This document shows positions 1 to 9,331 of a stretch of 64,000 nt of DNA, one piece after another. The DNA is from Candidatus Eiseniibacteriota bacterium (GTDB taxonomy: Bacteria > Eisenbacteria > RBG-16-71-46), in assembly GCA_963725865.1 (NCBI GenBank), contig CAVSAC010000010.1, positions 1,094,922-1,158,921 on the forward strand. Direction: 5' to 3'. Numbering within the stretch: position 1 is the first letter of the stretch; each line of letters begins with the position of its first letter. A model generated the notes under the pieces. The model was not told the DNA's origin. It was given only the letters and a program-made list of their open reading frames with translations, and did not search any database. Both the position numbers and the translations under genes were made by a program.

Positions 1-95
1 ACGATCTCGCCCGGCTCCGCGCGCAGCGACACTCCCTTCAGCGCGTGGACCGCGCCGTAGTAGACGTCGAGCCCCTGGACCTCGAGCACGCTCAC
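1..95 (-). CDS. livF: Branched-chain amino acid ABC transporter ATP-binding protein (N-terminal part, runs off window)
   Basis: GTG at 95 overlaps the livG stop (GTGA). Translates MSVLEVQGLDVYYGAVHALKGVSLRAEPGEIV, a typical LivF N-terminus. Last gene of the liv operon. Confidence 0.85.
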   Translation of the reverse strand, partial: MSVLEVQGLDVYYGAVHALKGVSLRAEPGEI

Positions 96-889
96 GCGCC
101 CGCCTCCGCGGCGAACGGCGCGGCGTCGCCCAGGTAGGCCTCGATCACCTTGGGGTCGGTGCGGATCTGGTCGGGCGTGCCCTCGGCGATCTTGACGCCG
201 TAGTCGAGCACGGCGATCCGCCGGCACACGCCCATCACCACGCGCATGTCGTGCTCGATGAGCAGGATGGTGACCTCGAAGCGGGTCTGGATGTCGCGGA
301 TGAGACGCATCAGCGCCTCGCTCTCCTGCGGATTGAGGCCCGCGGCGGGCTCGTCGAGCAGCAGCAGGCGCGGCTTTCCGGCCAGCGCCCGCGCGATCTC
401 GAGCCGGCGCTGCTGGCCGTAGGGCAACTCCGACGCCAGCGTGTCGCGCCATCCCGCCAGGCCCATCAGCTCCAGCAGGGCGTCGGCGTCGCGCGTCATC
501 GACGCCTCCTCGCGCTCGAACGCCGGCGTGCGCAGCAACGCGGCGGCGAGCCCGGCGCGCGCGTGATGGTGGGCCGCGATCAGCACGTTGTCGCGGCAGC
601 TGCGCGAGGCGAACAGCCGGATGTTCTGGAACGTGCGCGTGATCCCGCGGCGCGCGATCGCGTGCGGTCGCAGGCCCTGGATCGCGCGGCCCTCGAACAG
701 CACCCGTCCATGGCTCGGCGCGTACACGCCGGTGATGACGTTGAACACGGTCGTCTTGCCGGCGCCGTTGGGGCCGATCAGGCCGACCAGCTCGCCGCGG
801 CCGACCTGGAGCGTGAGGTCGCAGCAGGCCTTGAGCCCGCCGAACTGCATGGTGACCGTGTCGAGCTCCAGGAGGACGTCGGGGTTCAC
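92..889 (-). CDS. livG: Branched-chain amino acid ABC transporter ATP-binding protein
   Basis: Walker A GPNGAGKTT, RTFQNIRLF, LPYGQQRRLEIARAL, LLLLDEPAAG, IEHDM. GTG start overlaps the livM stop. Confidence 0.93.
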   Translation of the reverse strand: MNPDVLLELDTVTMQFGGLKACCDLTLQVGRGELVGLIGPNGAGKTTVFNVITGVYAPSHGRVLFEGRAIQGLRPHAIARRGITRTFQNIRLFASRSCRDNVLIAAHHHARAGLAAALLRTPAFEREEASMTRDADALLELMGLAGWRDTLASELPYGQQRRLEIARALAGKPRLLLLDEPAAGLNPQESEALMRLIRDIQTRFEVTILLIEHDMRVVMGVCRRIAVLDYGVKIAEGTPDQIRTDPKVIEAYLGDAAPFAAEAGA

Positions 890-1872
890 GCGCTCCCCCC
901 GGCCGGTTTGCGGCGCAGGAACCCCGGCAGCCCGAGCTCGCGGTAGCCCAGCAGGCCCTGGGGGCGCGTGATCATCAGCACGATGAGCATCAACGAGTAG
1001 ATCACCATGCGGTACTCCTTCACCGGCCGCAGCACCTCGGGCAGCAGGGTCAGGATGATCGCCGCGAGCACCGAGCCGGACACGCTGCCCATCCCGCCCA
1101 GCACCACCATCGCGATGATCTCGATGCTCTTGATGAACGTGAACGAGTTCGGGTTGAGGTACGACAGGTAGTGTGCGAACAGGCCGCCCGCGACGCCGGC
1201 GAAGAACGCGCCGAGCACGAATGCGAGCACCTTGTAGGCGGTGGTATCCACGCCCAGTGCCTCCGCCGCCACCTCGTCGTCGCGGATCGCGAACAGCGCG
1301 CGGCCGTGGGTGCTCAGTGCCAGGCGGCGCGAGACCAGCACGACCAGCACCACACCGAGCCCGACCCAGAACACGCCCGCCCAACCGGGGATCCCCGGCA
1401 GCCCGCGCGCGGCGCCGACCGCGTCGACGTTCGTGATGACCACGCGGATGATCTCGCCGAAGCCGAGCGTGACGATCGCCAGGTAGTCGCCGCGCAACCG
1501 CAGCGACGGCAGGCCGACCAGCCAGCCCGCGAGCGCGGCGAGCAGCCCGCCCGCCAGCAGCGCGATCAACAGCGCGGTGCCCGCGGCGATCACCGGCGGC
1601 ACCCCGAGCCCGGTCCACGCCGTCACCCACCCCTGGCCGACGTGCAGCGAGAACATCGCCGAGGCGTACGCCCCGACCGCCATGAAGCCGGCGTGGCCGA
1701 TCGAGAACTGCCCCGTGAATCCGTTCACCAGGTTGAGCGAAACGGCGAGGATCACGTTGATGCCGCACAGCACGACGATCTGGAGCACGTAGGGATTCAC
1801 CAGGCGCGGCAGCAGCAAGTCGAGTGCGATCAGCAGCCCGATCCCGACGAGAGCGCGCACCAGCCGCATCAT
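886..1872 (-). CDS. livM: Branched-chain amino acid ABC transporter permease
   Basis: GFTGQFSIGHAGF, RLRGDYLAIVTLGFGEI, AIRDDEVAAEALGV, VLGGMGS motifs. Confidence 0.93.
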   Translation of the reverse strand: MMRLVRALVGIGLLIALDLLLPRLVNPYVLQIVVLCGINVILAVSLNLVNGFTGQFSIGHAGFMAVGAYASAMFSLHVGQGWVTAWTGLGVPPVIAAGTALLIALLAGGLLAALAGWLVGLPSLRLRGDYLAIVTLGFGEIIRVVITNVDAVGAARGLPGIPGWAGVFWVGLGVVLVVLVSRRLALSTHGRALFAIRDDEVAAEALGVDTTAYKVLAFVLGAFFAGVAGGLFAHYLSYLNPNSFTFIKSIEIIAMVVLGGMGSVSGSVLAAIILTLLPEVLRPVKEYRMVIYSLMLIVLMITRPQGLLGYRELGLPGFLRRKPAGGSA

Positions 1873-1876
1873 CGCG

Positions 1877-2779
1877 TCACACCTTCTCCGCGACGCTGCG
1901 CCCGAGGATGCCGGATGGACGCACGAGCAGGATGAGGATGAGCAGCACGAACGCGATCGCGTCGCGGTAGGTCGGCGAGACGTAGCCGACCACCATCACC
2001 TCGGCCACACCCATCACCAGCCCGCCGAGCACGGCGCCCGGAAAGTTCCCGATGCCGCCGAGCACCGCGGCGACGAACGCCTTGAGGCCCGGCATGATGC
2101 CCATGTAGGGCTCGATCTTGGGGTTCTGCAGCGCCACCAGCACGCCCGCCGCGGCCGCCAGCATCGAGCCGATCAGGAACGTGAACGAGATGATGCGGTC
2201 GACCGAGATGCCCATCATCGCCGCCGCGGTCGGATTCATGGACACCGCCTGCATGGCCTTGCCGACCCGCGTGTACTGCACGACCGTGCGCAGCGCCACC
2301 ATCAGCGTGACCGACACCACGATCACGATCAGCTGCTGGTTCGAGATCGTCACGCCGCCCCCGAGCGCCAGGTTCGACGAGCGGATGAGCTGCGGGAAGA
2401 ACTTGGGGTCGGCGCCGAACAGGATCCGCCCGCCGTTCTCGAGCAGCAGCGAGACGCCGATCGCGGTGATCAGCGCAGCCAGGCGGGAGGAGCCGCGCAC
2501 GGGCCGGTACGCGAAGCGCTCGATGACCACGCCCACCAGGCCACTGCCCAGCATCGCGATCAGCAGCACGACCAGCGCGCGTGCCGGGCTCGGGTCGTTC
2601 GTCGCGCCCAGCCAGCGCGCGGAGTACCAGCCGAGGAACGCCCCCAGCATGTAGATGTCGCCGTGCGCGAAGTTGATGAGCCGCAGGATGCCGTACACCA
2701 TCGTGTAGCCGAGCGCGATGAGCGCGTACACGCTGCCCCACGTGATTCCGTTGACGAGCTGCTGGAGGAATACCGACAC
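1877..2779 (-). CDS. livH: Branched-chain amino acid ABC transporter permease
   Basis: QQLVNGITWGSVYALIALGYTMVYGILRLINFAHGD and KAFVAAVLGGIG motifs. Confidence 0.93.
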   Translation of the reverse strand: MSVFLQQLVNGITWGSVYALIALGYTMVYGILRLINFAHGDIYMLGAFLGWYSARWLGATNDPSPARALVVLLIAMLGSGLVGVVIERFAYRPVRGSSRLAALITAIGVSLLLENGGRILFGADPKFFPQLIRSSNLALGGGVTISNQQLIVIVVSVTLMVALRTVVQYTRVGKAMQAVSMNPTAAAMMGISVDRIISFTFLIGSMLAAAAGVLVALQNPKIEPYMGIMPGLKAFVAAVLGGIGNFPGAVLGGLVMGVAEVMVVGYVSPTYRDAIAFVLLILILLVRPSGILGRSVAEKV

Positions 2780-2785
2780 GCGGGC

Positions 2786-3994
2786 TTACGGGTTGACGGT
2801 GGTGGCGTACTTCTTCTTGCCCGCCTCGATCGCGATCACGACCGCCGGCTTGGTCGCGTTGCGGTGGGCGTCGAGCGTGATGTTGCCGGTCACCCCGGGG
2901 AAGTTCGTCGTCCCGGCGATCAGATCGCGCAGCCGCTTCTCGGCCGCCTGGCGCTGCGGCGTGCCCGCCTTGTTGCTGGAGAACGCCTTGAACCCGGCGG
3001 GATCCTGCTCGGCCAGCTGCTGGAGCGCGCCGAACAGCACGCGTCCGGCGTCGTACGCCAGCCCCGCGATCGCATCGGGCTCGGCGCCGAACTTGGCCTG
3101 ATAGGCCTTGAGGAACGATTGGAGCGTCGGATCGGGGTTGTCGACCGCGAAGTGGTTCGAGTAGAAGCAGCCGTCCATCGCCTCGCCGCCGATCGCGATC
3201 AACTGCTCGCTCTCCCATCCGTCGCCGCCGAGCAGCGGCACCTTCAGCCCCAACTCGCGCGCCTGGCGCGCGATCAGGCCCACGTCGGTGTAGTAGCCCG
3301 GCACGAACAGCGCCTGCGGCGACTTGCTCTTGACGGCGGTCAGCTGGGCGCGGAAGTCCTGGTCGCCGGCGCTGTACGACTGCTCGATCACGACCTCCCC
3401 GCCGCGGGCCTTGAACGCGGAGGTGAAGAAGTCGGCGAGCCCCACGCTGTAGTCGTTGCGCACGTCCTTGAGGATCGCGACCTTCGTGAGGTGGAGGTTC
3501 TCCGCCGCGAACTTGGCCATCACCGTGCCCTGGAACGGGTCGATGAAGCACATGCGGAAGATGAAGTCGCCCTTCTCGGTCACCGCGGGATTGGTCGACG
3601 ACGGCGAGATCATCGGTACGCCCGCCTGCTGGCAGATCGGCGCCGCGGCGAGGCTGCGCGACGAGGCGACCTCGCCCACCACGGTGATCACGCGGTCCTG
3701 GTTGACCAGCTTCTGCACCACGGTCGCCGCCTCCTCGGGGCGCCCCTGGTCGTCCTCCACCACCAGCCGCACCGGCAGGCCGCCGATCTTGCCTTCTTTC
3801 TGCGCCTGCAGCTCGGCGAGGGCCAGCTCCATGCCGTTCTTGGTCGACTGGCCAAACGTCGCGTCGTTGCCGGTGAGCGAGCCGTAGACGCCGACGACGA
3901 GCTCGTCCGACGCGGAGCCGCCGCAGCCCGCCATGGCGAATGCCCCGGCGAACAGCACCGCGCCCGCGAGGGCCCGCGCGATGCGAGTGGTCAT
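2786..3994 (-). CDS. Branched-chain amino acid ABC transporter substrate-binding lipoprotein (LivJ/LivK family)
   Basis: Start MTTRIARALAG with GGAG RBS and lipobox MAGC. Peripla_BP_6-type motifs VEDDQG, MISPSSTNP, FRMCFIDPFQG. Confidence 0.9.
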   Translation of the reverse strand: MTTRIARALAGAVLFAGAFAMAGCGGSASDELVVGVYGSLTGNDATFGQSTKNGMELALAELQAQKEGKIGGLPVRLVVEDDQGRPEEAATVVQKLVNQDRVITVVGEVASSRSLAAAPICQQAGVPMISPSSTNPAVTEKGDFIFRMCFIDPFQGTVMAKFAAENLHLTKVAILKDVRNDYSVGLADFFTSAFKARGGEVVIEQSYSAGDQDFRAQLTAVKSKSPQALFVPGYYTDVGLIARQARELGLKVPLLGGDGWESEQLIAIGGEAMDGCFYSNHFAVDNPDPTLQSFLKAYQAKFGAEPDAIAGLAYDAGRVLFGALQQLAEQDPAGFKAFSSNKAGTPQRQAAEKRLRDLIAGTTNFPGVTGNITLDAHRNATKPAVVIAIEAGKKKYATTVNP

Positions 3995-4198
3995 GATCGC
4001 CTCCTGGGTGGTGGTCCCGCCGCGCGCGACCGGGTCGGTCGTGCCGGGATGAGGGATACCCGAGTGCGTGGATGGAGCCGCGAAGTGGTAGCACGCACGC
4101 GCGCGAAGCGGCAAGGTGGATGTTGGGCGCGGCCGGGGCGTCGAACCGCCGCGCGCGTCCTTGTGGCGCCCGCGAGCCGGATGCTAGGGTGCCGCGTC

Positions 4199-6658
4199 AT
4201 GGATCCGCGCGCGCGCTCGCTGCTGCGCCGCTGTCTCCGCCGGCTGGCCCCCGCCGCCCTGGCGCTGGCCGCGACCCTCACCGCCGTTGCCGGGTGCGCC
4301 CACGCCCCGGCGCGCCCCGGCCGCCCGCGGCCCGGGCCGACTCCTCCGCCCGCCACCCGCCCGCGCCCCGGCTACGAGGCGCTGCGCGACTCGCTGCAGG
4401 CGGTCGACCCCGCGGTGCTGCGGGGGCGCCGGATCGTGCTCGATCCCGGCCACGGCGGGTTCTTCGCCGGCTCGCGCGGCGTGAACGGCCTGACCGAGGC
4501 GGCGGTCAACCTCGACGTGGCGCTGGCGCTGCGCGACCTGCTGGTGGCCGCCGGCGCCGAGGTCCGCATGACGCGCGAGACCGACCGCGACTACCTGAGC
4601 CCGGCGGACAGCAGCCTGCACGCCGACCTCGGCGAGCGGGTGCGGATCGCGAACGCGTTCGCGCCCGAACTGTTCGTGTCGGTCCATCACAACGCCGACG
4701 CGCGCGGCTCGCACGACGTCAACGAGATCCAGACCTACTACAAGCTCACCGACGACGGCCCCTCGCTGGACGCCGCCCGCGCGATGCACCGCGCGCTCAC
4801 GCGCAACCTGTCGATCGCCGCGCACCGGATCATCCCCGGCAACTACTACGTGCTGCGCCACGTCGAGGCGCCCGCGATCCTGACCGAGTCGAGCTACCTG
4901 ACGAACCCCGATGTCGAAGCGAAGCTGGCGAGCCCCGAGAAGCGCCGGCTCGAGGCGCAGGCGCTGTATCTCGGCATCGCCGGCTTCTTCGCGCGCGGGG
5001 CGCCGGAGATCGTGACGTTCGGCAAGGCGATGGAGGGGTCGGGCATCCCGGCGGACGGCTTCTACGATCCATACCCCTGGCTCGCCGTGCGGGTGCACGG
5101 GGCGTTCGACCAGGTCGAGATGACCGTGGACGGCGAGGCAGTCGCCACCGTGGTGGCGGGCGACTCGATCCAGTGGCGCGCGACTCGAGGCTACGAACGC
5201 GGCGTGCACGTCGCGGCGCTGCGTGTCGGGCTCGCGGGTGCCGGCTGGTCGGCAACGCATCGATTCACGTTCCGCGTCCTCGCGAGCCTGGGCCGACTGG
5301 TCGCGGAGTTCCCCGATCAGCTCGGGTGGGATGGGAAGCAGCCGCTGGGCCTGCGTGTCCAGGTGCTCGACGCCAACGGGCTTCCGTATCGCGATTCGGT
5401 GGGCATCCGCGTGCGCGACCTCGACCCACGACTGCTGTTGCCCGCCGACACGGTGATCACGGCCCGCGACGGCGTCGCATGGGCCTACTTCCGTCGCTCG
5501 GCGAGGAAGTCGGCACGGCGCGCGCCCGGCGTGGACGTGAGCGTGGAGCAGTGGCCACCCGAGATGGTCTCCGTCGAGGACGGGGAGGGCGAGCCCATGG
5601 TGGCGCCGGTGACGAAGGGCATCCCCTATTTTCCCCACGGCCTCCCGGCTCGGCCCGAGGCCCGGCCATTCACGCGTACCGGCTTCGCGCGTCTGATCCC
5701 CGGGGACTCGGCCTTGCGCGACGCGCCCGGCACACGCGAGCCCGACCCCGCGGTGCGCTGGATCAATCGCGACGGCTTCGTGAACCTGTGGCGGGACTCG
5801 CTCGGCCACGTCGCGATCCCCGCGCTCGCCGGCTACCGCGCGCTGCCGCCCGACACCGCGTGGCCGCCGCGCTTCGTCGCGATCGCGGGCGGCGCGCTGA
5901 TCGGGCGCCGCATCGCGCTCGATCCCGAGGGCGGCGGCGACGCCGACGCCGGCACCGGGCCGAGCGGCGCGCGCGCCGCCGACCTCAATCTCGACGTCGC
6001 GCGCGCGCTCGCGGGCTTCCTCACGGCCGCCGGCGCCGAGGTGACGTTGCTGCGCGACGGCGATCGCGCGCTCGCCGACCTCGAGCGGGTGCGGGCGGCC
6101 GAGACCTTCGGCGCCGAGCGCTACCTGCGCATCGGGCACCGCGCGGGGCCGCCGGTGCTCGGGTACTGGTTCGGCAGCAGCGCCGGACGCGCGTGGGCAC
6201 AGCGCACGGCCGACGCACTCGCTGCGGTCGGCCTGCCCGCCCCGCCGGTCGCCGAGGAGGCCCAGTACGCGCTCCAGCAGGCCTCGGCGACCGCGCTCTA
6301 CGCCTCGATCGCGCGGGTCGACAGCGCCGCCGACGAGGAGCGCCTGCTCGCTCCCGGCGCGCGGCGCGCCGAGGCGTACGCGCTCTACCTCGCGCTGGTC
6401 CAGGGTTTCGCGCCGGCGTTCGAGCTGGCGGTGGATTCCCTCACCGTCGCCGACGCGGCGGGCCAGCCGGTGGCGGATGCCGCGGTGACGCTCGGCGGAA
6501 CGATCACGCTGCGGTCCGACGCGCGCGGGCAGGTGCGGTTCGCCCGCACCGAGCCGGGCTCGCTGGAGGCCGTGGTCGCGGATCGGCGCGTGAGCGCCCG
6601 CGCCCTTCTGCTAGACTCCTCTCGGGGTGTCGTCCTGACCGGGCCGCCCACGCGCTGA
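4199..6658 (+). CDS. N-acetylmuramoyl-L-alanine amidase lipoprotein with two Amidase_3 domains
   Basis: Lipobox VAGC. Domain 1 has IVLDPGHGG, EAAVNLDVA, FVSVHHNA, PAILTES. Domain 2 is degenerate (IALDPEGGG). C-terminal beta-sandwich (ADAAGQPVADAAVTL). Confidence 0.85.
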   Translation: MDPRARSLLRRCLRRLAPAALALAATLTAVAGCAHAPARPGRPRPGPTPPPATRPRPGYEALRDSLQAVDPAVLRGRRIVLDPGHGGFFAGSRGVNGLTEAAVNLDVALALRDLLVAAGAEVRMTRETDRDYLSPADSSLHADLGERVRIANAFAPELFVSVHHNADARGSHDVNEIQTYYKLTDDGPSLDAARAMHRALTRNLSIAAHRIIPGNYYVLRHVEAPAILTESSYLTNPDVEAKLASPEKRRLEAQALYLGIAGFFARGAPEIVTFGKAMEGSGIPADGFYDPYPWLAVRVHGAFDQVEMTVDGEAVATVVAGDSIQWRATRGYERGVHVAALRVGLAGAGWSATHRFTFRVLASLGRLVAEFPDQLGWDGKQPLGLRVQVLDANGLPYRDSVGIRVRDLDPRLLLPADTVITARDGVAWAYFRRSARKSARRAPGVDVSVEQWPPEMVSVEDGEGEPMVAPVTKGIPYFPHGLPARPEARPFTRTGFARLIPGDSALRDAPGTREPDPAVRWINRDGFVNLWRDSLGHVAIPALAGYRALPPDTAWPPRFVAIAGGALIGRRIALDPEGGGDADAGTGPSGARAADLNLDVARALAGFLTAAGAEVTLLRDGDRALADLERVRAAETFGAERYLRIGHRAGPPVLGYWFGSSAGRAWAQRTADALAAVGLPAPPVAEEAQYALQQASATALYASIARVDSAADEERLLAPGARRAEAYALYLALVQGFAPAFELAVDSLTVADAAGQPVADAAVTLGGTITLRSDARGQVRFARTEPGSLEAVVADRRVSARALLLDSSRGVVLTGPPTR

Positions 6659-6686
6659 GCGCGCGGAACGCGACCCCCGGGATCTC

Positions 6687-7397
6687 ATGGACCACGGCAC
6701 TGAGGCCTACTTCCTCGAACGCACGCGGTTCCACCGTCGCCTGGCGGTGGTGGTGCTGCTGGTGAGTGCGGTCCTCGCGTCGCCGTTCGGGATCAATGGC
6801 CTGCTTCCCCGGCCCATCCGTGAGCGCGTGCGCGTCCTGGTCGACCGCGAGTCCGTGCTGTTCGGCTTCGCGGGCCCGGAGCAGCATCTCGAGCGCGTGA
6901 CCCTCGACCCCAGCGACGAGAGCTCGAGCGGCGCCCGGCATCCGATCGCGATCCGCACCGTCGTGATCCCCGAGACCCACCGCGGCGGCGGCGAGCGCCC
7001 GACCGCCAGTCCCGACGCGGAGCGATTCTCGCAGGTGGTCCACCGCCTGCCGATCGGCACCGGCGCCTCGACCGAGGACATCATGGCGCGCGCCATGATG
7101 CGCGCGGGCAGCACGCCGGTGTTCCGCTCCGAGGAGCTGGTGATCGAGTCGCTCGTGAAGCCGGAGTACCCCGAGGAGGCGCGCGCACTGGGGATCGAGG
7201 GCCGCGTCGCGCTGATGGCGCTGATCGACACGCTCGGGCAGGTGGCCGACGTGGAGCTGGTCACCGGCGAGGCGGGCGGCGTGCTCGAGCTCGCGGCGGA
7301 GTCCGCGGTGCGCCAGGCGCGCTTCAAGCCCTACCGGCCGGGGGGCGTGAGCCGGCAGGTGTACGCGGTGTTCCGGTTCGCGTTCCGGCTCTACTGA
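6687..7397 (+). CDS. Energy transducer TonB-family protein (TonB_C domain)
   Basis: N-terminal TM segment; C-terminal PEYPEEARALGIEGRV...AVRQARFKP...VFRFAFRL. Confidence 0.8.
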   Translation: MDHGTEAYFLERTRFHRRLAVVVLLVSAVLASPFGINGLLPRPIRERVRVLVDRESVLFGFAGPEQHLERVTLDPSDESSSGARHPIAIRTVVIPETHRGGGERPTASPDAERFSQVVHRLPIGTGASTEDIMARAMMRAGSTPVFRSEELVIESLVKPEYPEEARALGIEGRVALMALIDTLGQVADVELVTGEAGGVLELAAESAVRQARFKPYRPGGVSRQVYAVFRFAFRLY

Positions 7398-8815
7398 GCC
7401 GCGACCAGCTTGCCGCGCTGCACCACCGAGACGGGCAGCGTCAGCCCGCGCGCGGCACCGTCGAGGAAGCGCTGCGACGCGCCCCACGGATCCGCGGTGA
7501 CGCGGCGCGCCAGTGCGGCGGCCACCTCGGCGGGCGCCAGCGCACCGCCGGCCACCGCATCCGCGATCAGCGTGCCGGCGATCCAGCCGCGCACCGCGAG
7601 GCCGTCCGCGGGCGGCGCGCCACGGGCACTGAGGGCGGTGTCGAGCAGCGCCTGCTCGGCCGCCGGCAGGTGCCAGTCCTCCGCCACCACCCGCACCCCC
7701 TCGAGCAGCCGGCGCACCTCGCCGTGGTAGCGATCCGGCGCCAGCGCCTCGCCGCCGCACACCGTCACCGCGGTGCGCTGGCTCGCGAGCTCCTGGAATA
7801 GCGCCGCGGCCTCGCCCGGTCCGCCGTCCCACACCAGCACCTCGACGCGCGCCGTCGTGAGTGCCTTCACGAGGGTGCGGAAGTCCCGGTTGCCGCTCGC
7901 GTAATGCTCCTGCCACGCCACGGTCGCGCCGGCCGCGGTCGCGGCGGCCAGGAAGCCCGGCACCAGCGTCGCGCCGTCCGCGGTGCTCGAGACCAGCGCT
8001 CCGATGCGACGCGGGCGACCCTCCAGCACCTGCCGCGCGAGCGCCGCACCGCGCTCGCGGCCCGACGGCCCGATCTGCAGCACCGCGGCACTCGCCGCGC
8101 CGAGCTGTTCCTCGGTCGCGGTCGGCGAGAGGACCGGCGTGCCCGTGACGCGCGAGGCGCTCGCGAGCGCCAGCGTGGGCGTGCTCAGCAGCTCGCCGAC
8201 CAGAGCGCCGCAGCGGGCGGTCGCCGTATCGAGCGCCGCCGCCACGCGCGCCGGCTCGCTGTTCCCGGTCGAGAGCACGAGCGGCTCGACTGGCCGCGTG
8301 CCGGCGCGCGCGCGCACCGCCAGGGCGGCCTCGACGCCGGCGCGCACCGCGGCGCCGTAGTCGGAGTAGTCGCCCGAGTCGGGCAGCACCACCGCGACGC
8401 GGAACACCGACGCGTCGAGCGACGGGCCGAGGTCCGCGGCGAACGGCGCCAGCGCCCCGGCGGTCTTCGCCGCGCGCTTGGGATCCACGAGCGCGAGGCG
8501 CAGCAGCAGCCGGCGGCGCAGGTCGGTGCGCGCCCCGTCCGCGTGCTCGAGGGCGCTGCTCGCCAGCGCGGCCTCGGCGCCGCCGAGCGAGCGCGGCGGG
8601 CGGCGCAGCACGTACATCAGGTCGGCCAACTCGGCGCGCTTCGCCCAGGCGGCCAACGCGCGGTCACGCTCGGTGGAGGCCGGCTGCGCGGCGAGCGCGT
8701 CGGCCGCGCGCACGTCCGCGGGCACCGGGGCGGCCGCGTGGGCGCCCGCGAACGCGCAGACGATCGCGGGCACCAGCAGCAGAGCGGCGGCTCGAATGCG
8801 GCGGGAGGTCGGCAT
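7391..8815 (-). CDS. Periplasmic binding-protein type I / LppC (PBP activator)-like protein
   Basis: Signal peptide; RVAVVLPDSGDYSDYGAAVRAG, LVGELLS, PVLSPTA, YASGNRDF. Confidence 0.7.
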   Translation of the reverse strand: MPTSRRIRAAALLLVPAIVCAFAGAHAAAPVPADVRAADALAAQPASTERDRALAAWAKRAELADLMYVLRRPPRSLGGAEAALASSALEHADGARTDLRRRLLLRLALVDPKRAAKTAGALAPFAADLGPSLDASVFRVAVVLPDSGDYSDYGAAVRAGVEAALAVRARAGTRPVEPLVLSTGNSEPARVAAALDTATARCGALVGELLSTPTLALASASRVTGTPVLSPTATEEQLGAASAAVLQIGPSGRERGAALARQVLEGRPRRIGALVSSTADGATLVPGFLAAATAAGATVAWQEHYASGNRDFRTLVKALTTARVEVLVWDGGPGEAAALFQELASQRTAVTVCGGEALAPDRYHGEVRRLLEGVRVVAEDWHLPAAEQALLDTALSARGAPPADGLAVRGWIAGTLIADAVAGGALAPAEVAAALARRVTADPWGASQRFLDGAARGLTLPVSVVQRGKLVAAQ

Positions 8816-8818
8816 CGG

Positions 8819-9331
8819 CTAGAGGTTGAACTTCCCGAAGTCCTCGGGATTCAGGCGCTCGAGGTAGCGGCGCAGCTCCTCGGCCTTCTCCTCGGCCGAC
8901 TTCTCGTGCGGACCCTCCTCGCTCTCGTCCGACTCCGCGGGCGGCGGCTGCAGCAGGGTCTCGTTCACGAAGATCGGCGCCTTGGCGCGCAGCGCCACCG
9001 CGATCGAATCCGAGGGTCGCGCGTCGATCGACAGCTTCTCGCTCTCGCGCTCGACCAGGATGACCGCGAAGAACGTGTTCTCGCGCAGATCGGTGATCAG
9101 CACGCGCGTCACCTGCGCGTGCAGGCCTTCGATCACGAGCTGGATGAGGTCGTGCGTGAGCGGGCGCGGGAACGGCTCGTCGCCGAGCAGCCGGCGGATG
9201 GCCGCGGCCTCGCCGGGCCCGATCCAGATGGGCAGCATGCGCGTCCCATCCAGCTCGCGCAGCACCACGATGTTCTGCTGGGTCTTGGGCTCGAGGATGA
9301 GCCCGTGGACCCGCACCTCGACGAGGTTCAC
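8819..9331 (-). CDS. Bifunctional nuclease family protein (DUF151)
   Basis: LPIWIG.EA, PRPLTHDL, DARPSDSIAVALR motifs. GTG start overlaps the upstream stop. Confidence 0.9.
   Translation of the reverse strand: MNLVEVRVHGLILEPKTQQNIVVLRELDGTRMLPIWIGPGEAAAIRRLLGDEPFPRPLTHDLIQLVIEGLHAQVTRVLITDLRENTFFAVILVERESEKLSIDARPSDSIAVALRAKAPIFVNETLLQPPPAESDESEEGPHEKSAEEKAEELRRYLERLNPEDFGKFNL

Noticed and set aside
2663..4198. Long N-terminal extension of the amidase ORF and many other long overlapping ORFs in the track
   Set aside because: These are antisense or alternate-frame shadows of real genes, expected at this GC content, and show no recognisable motifs.
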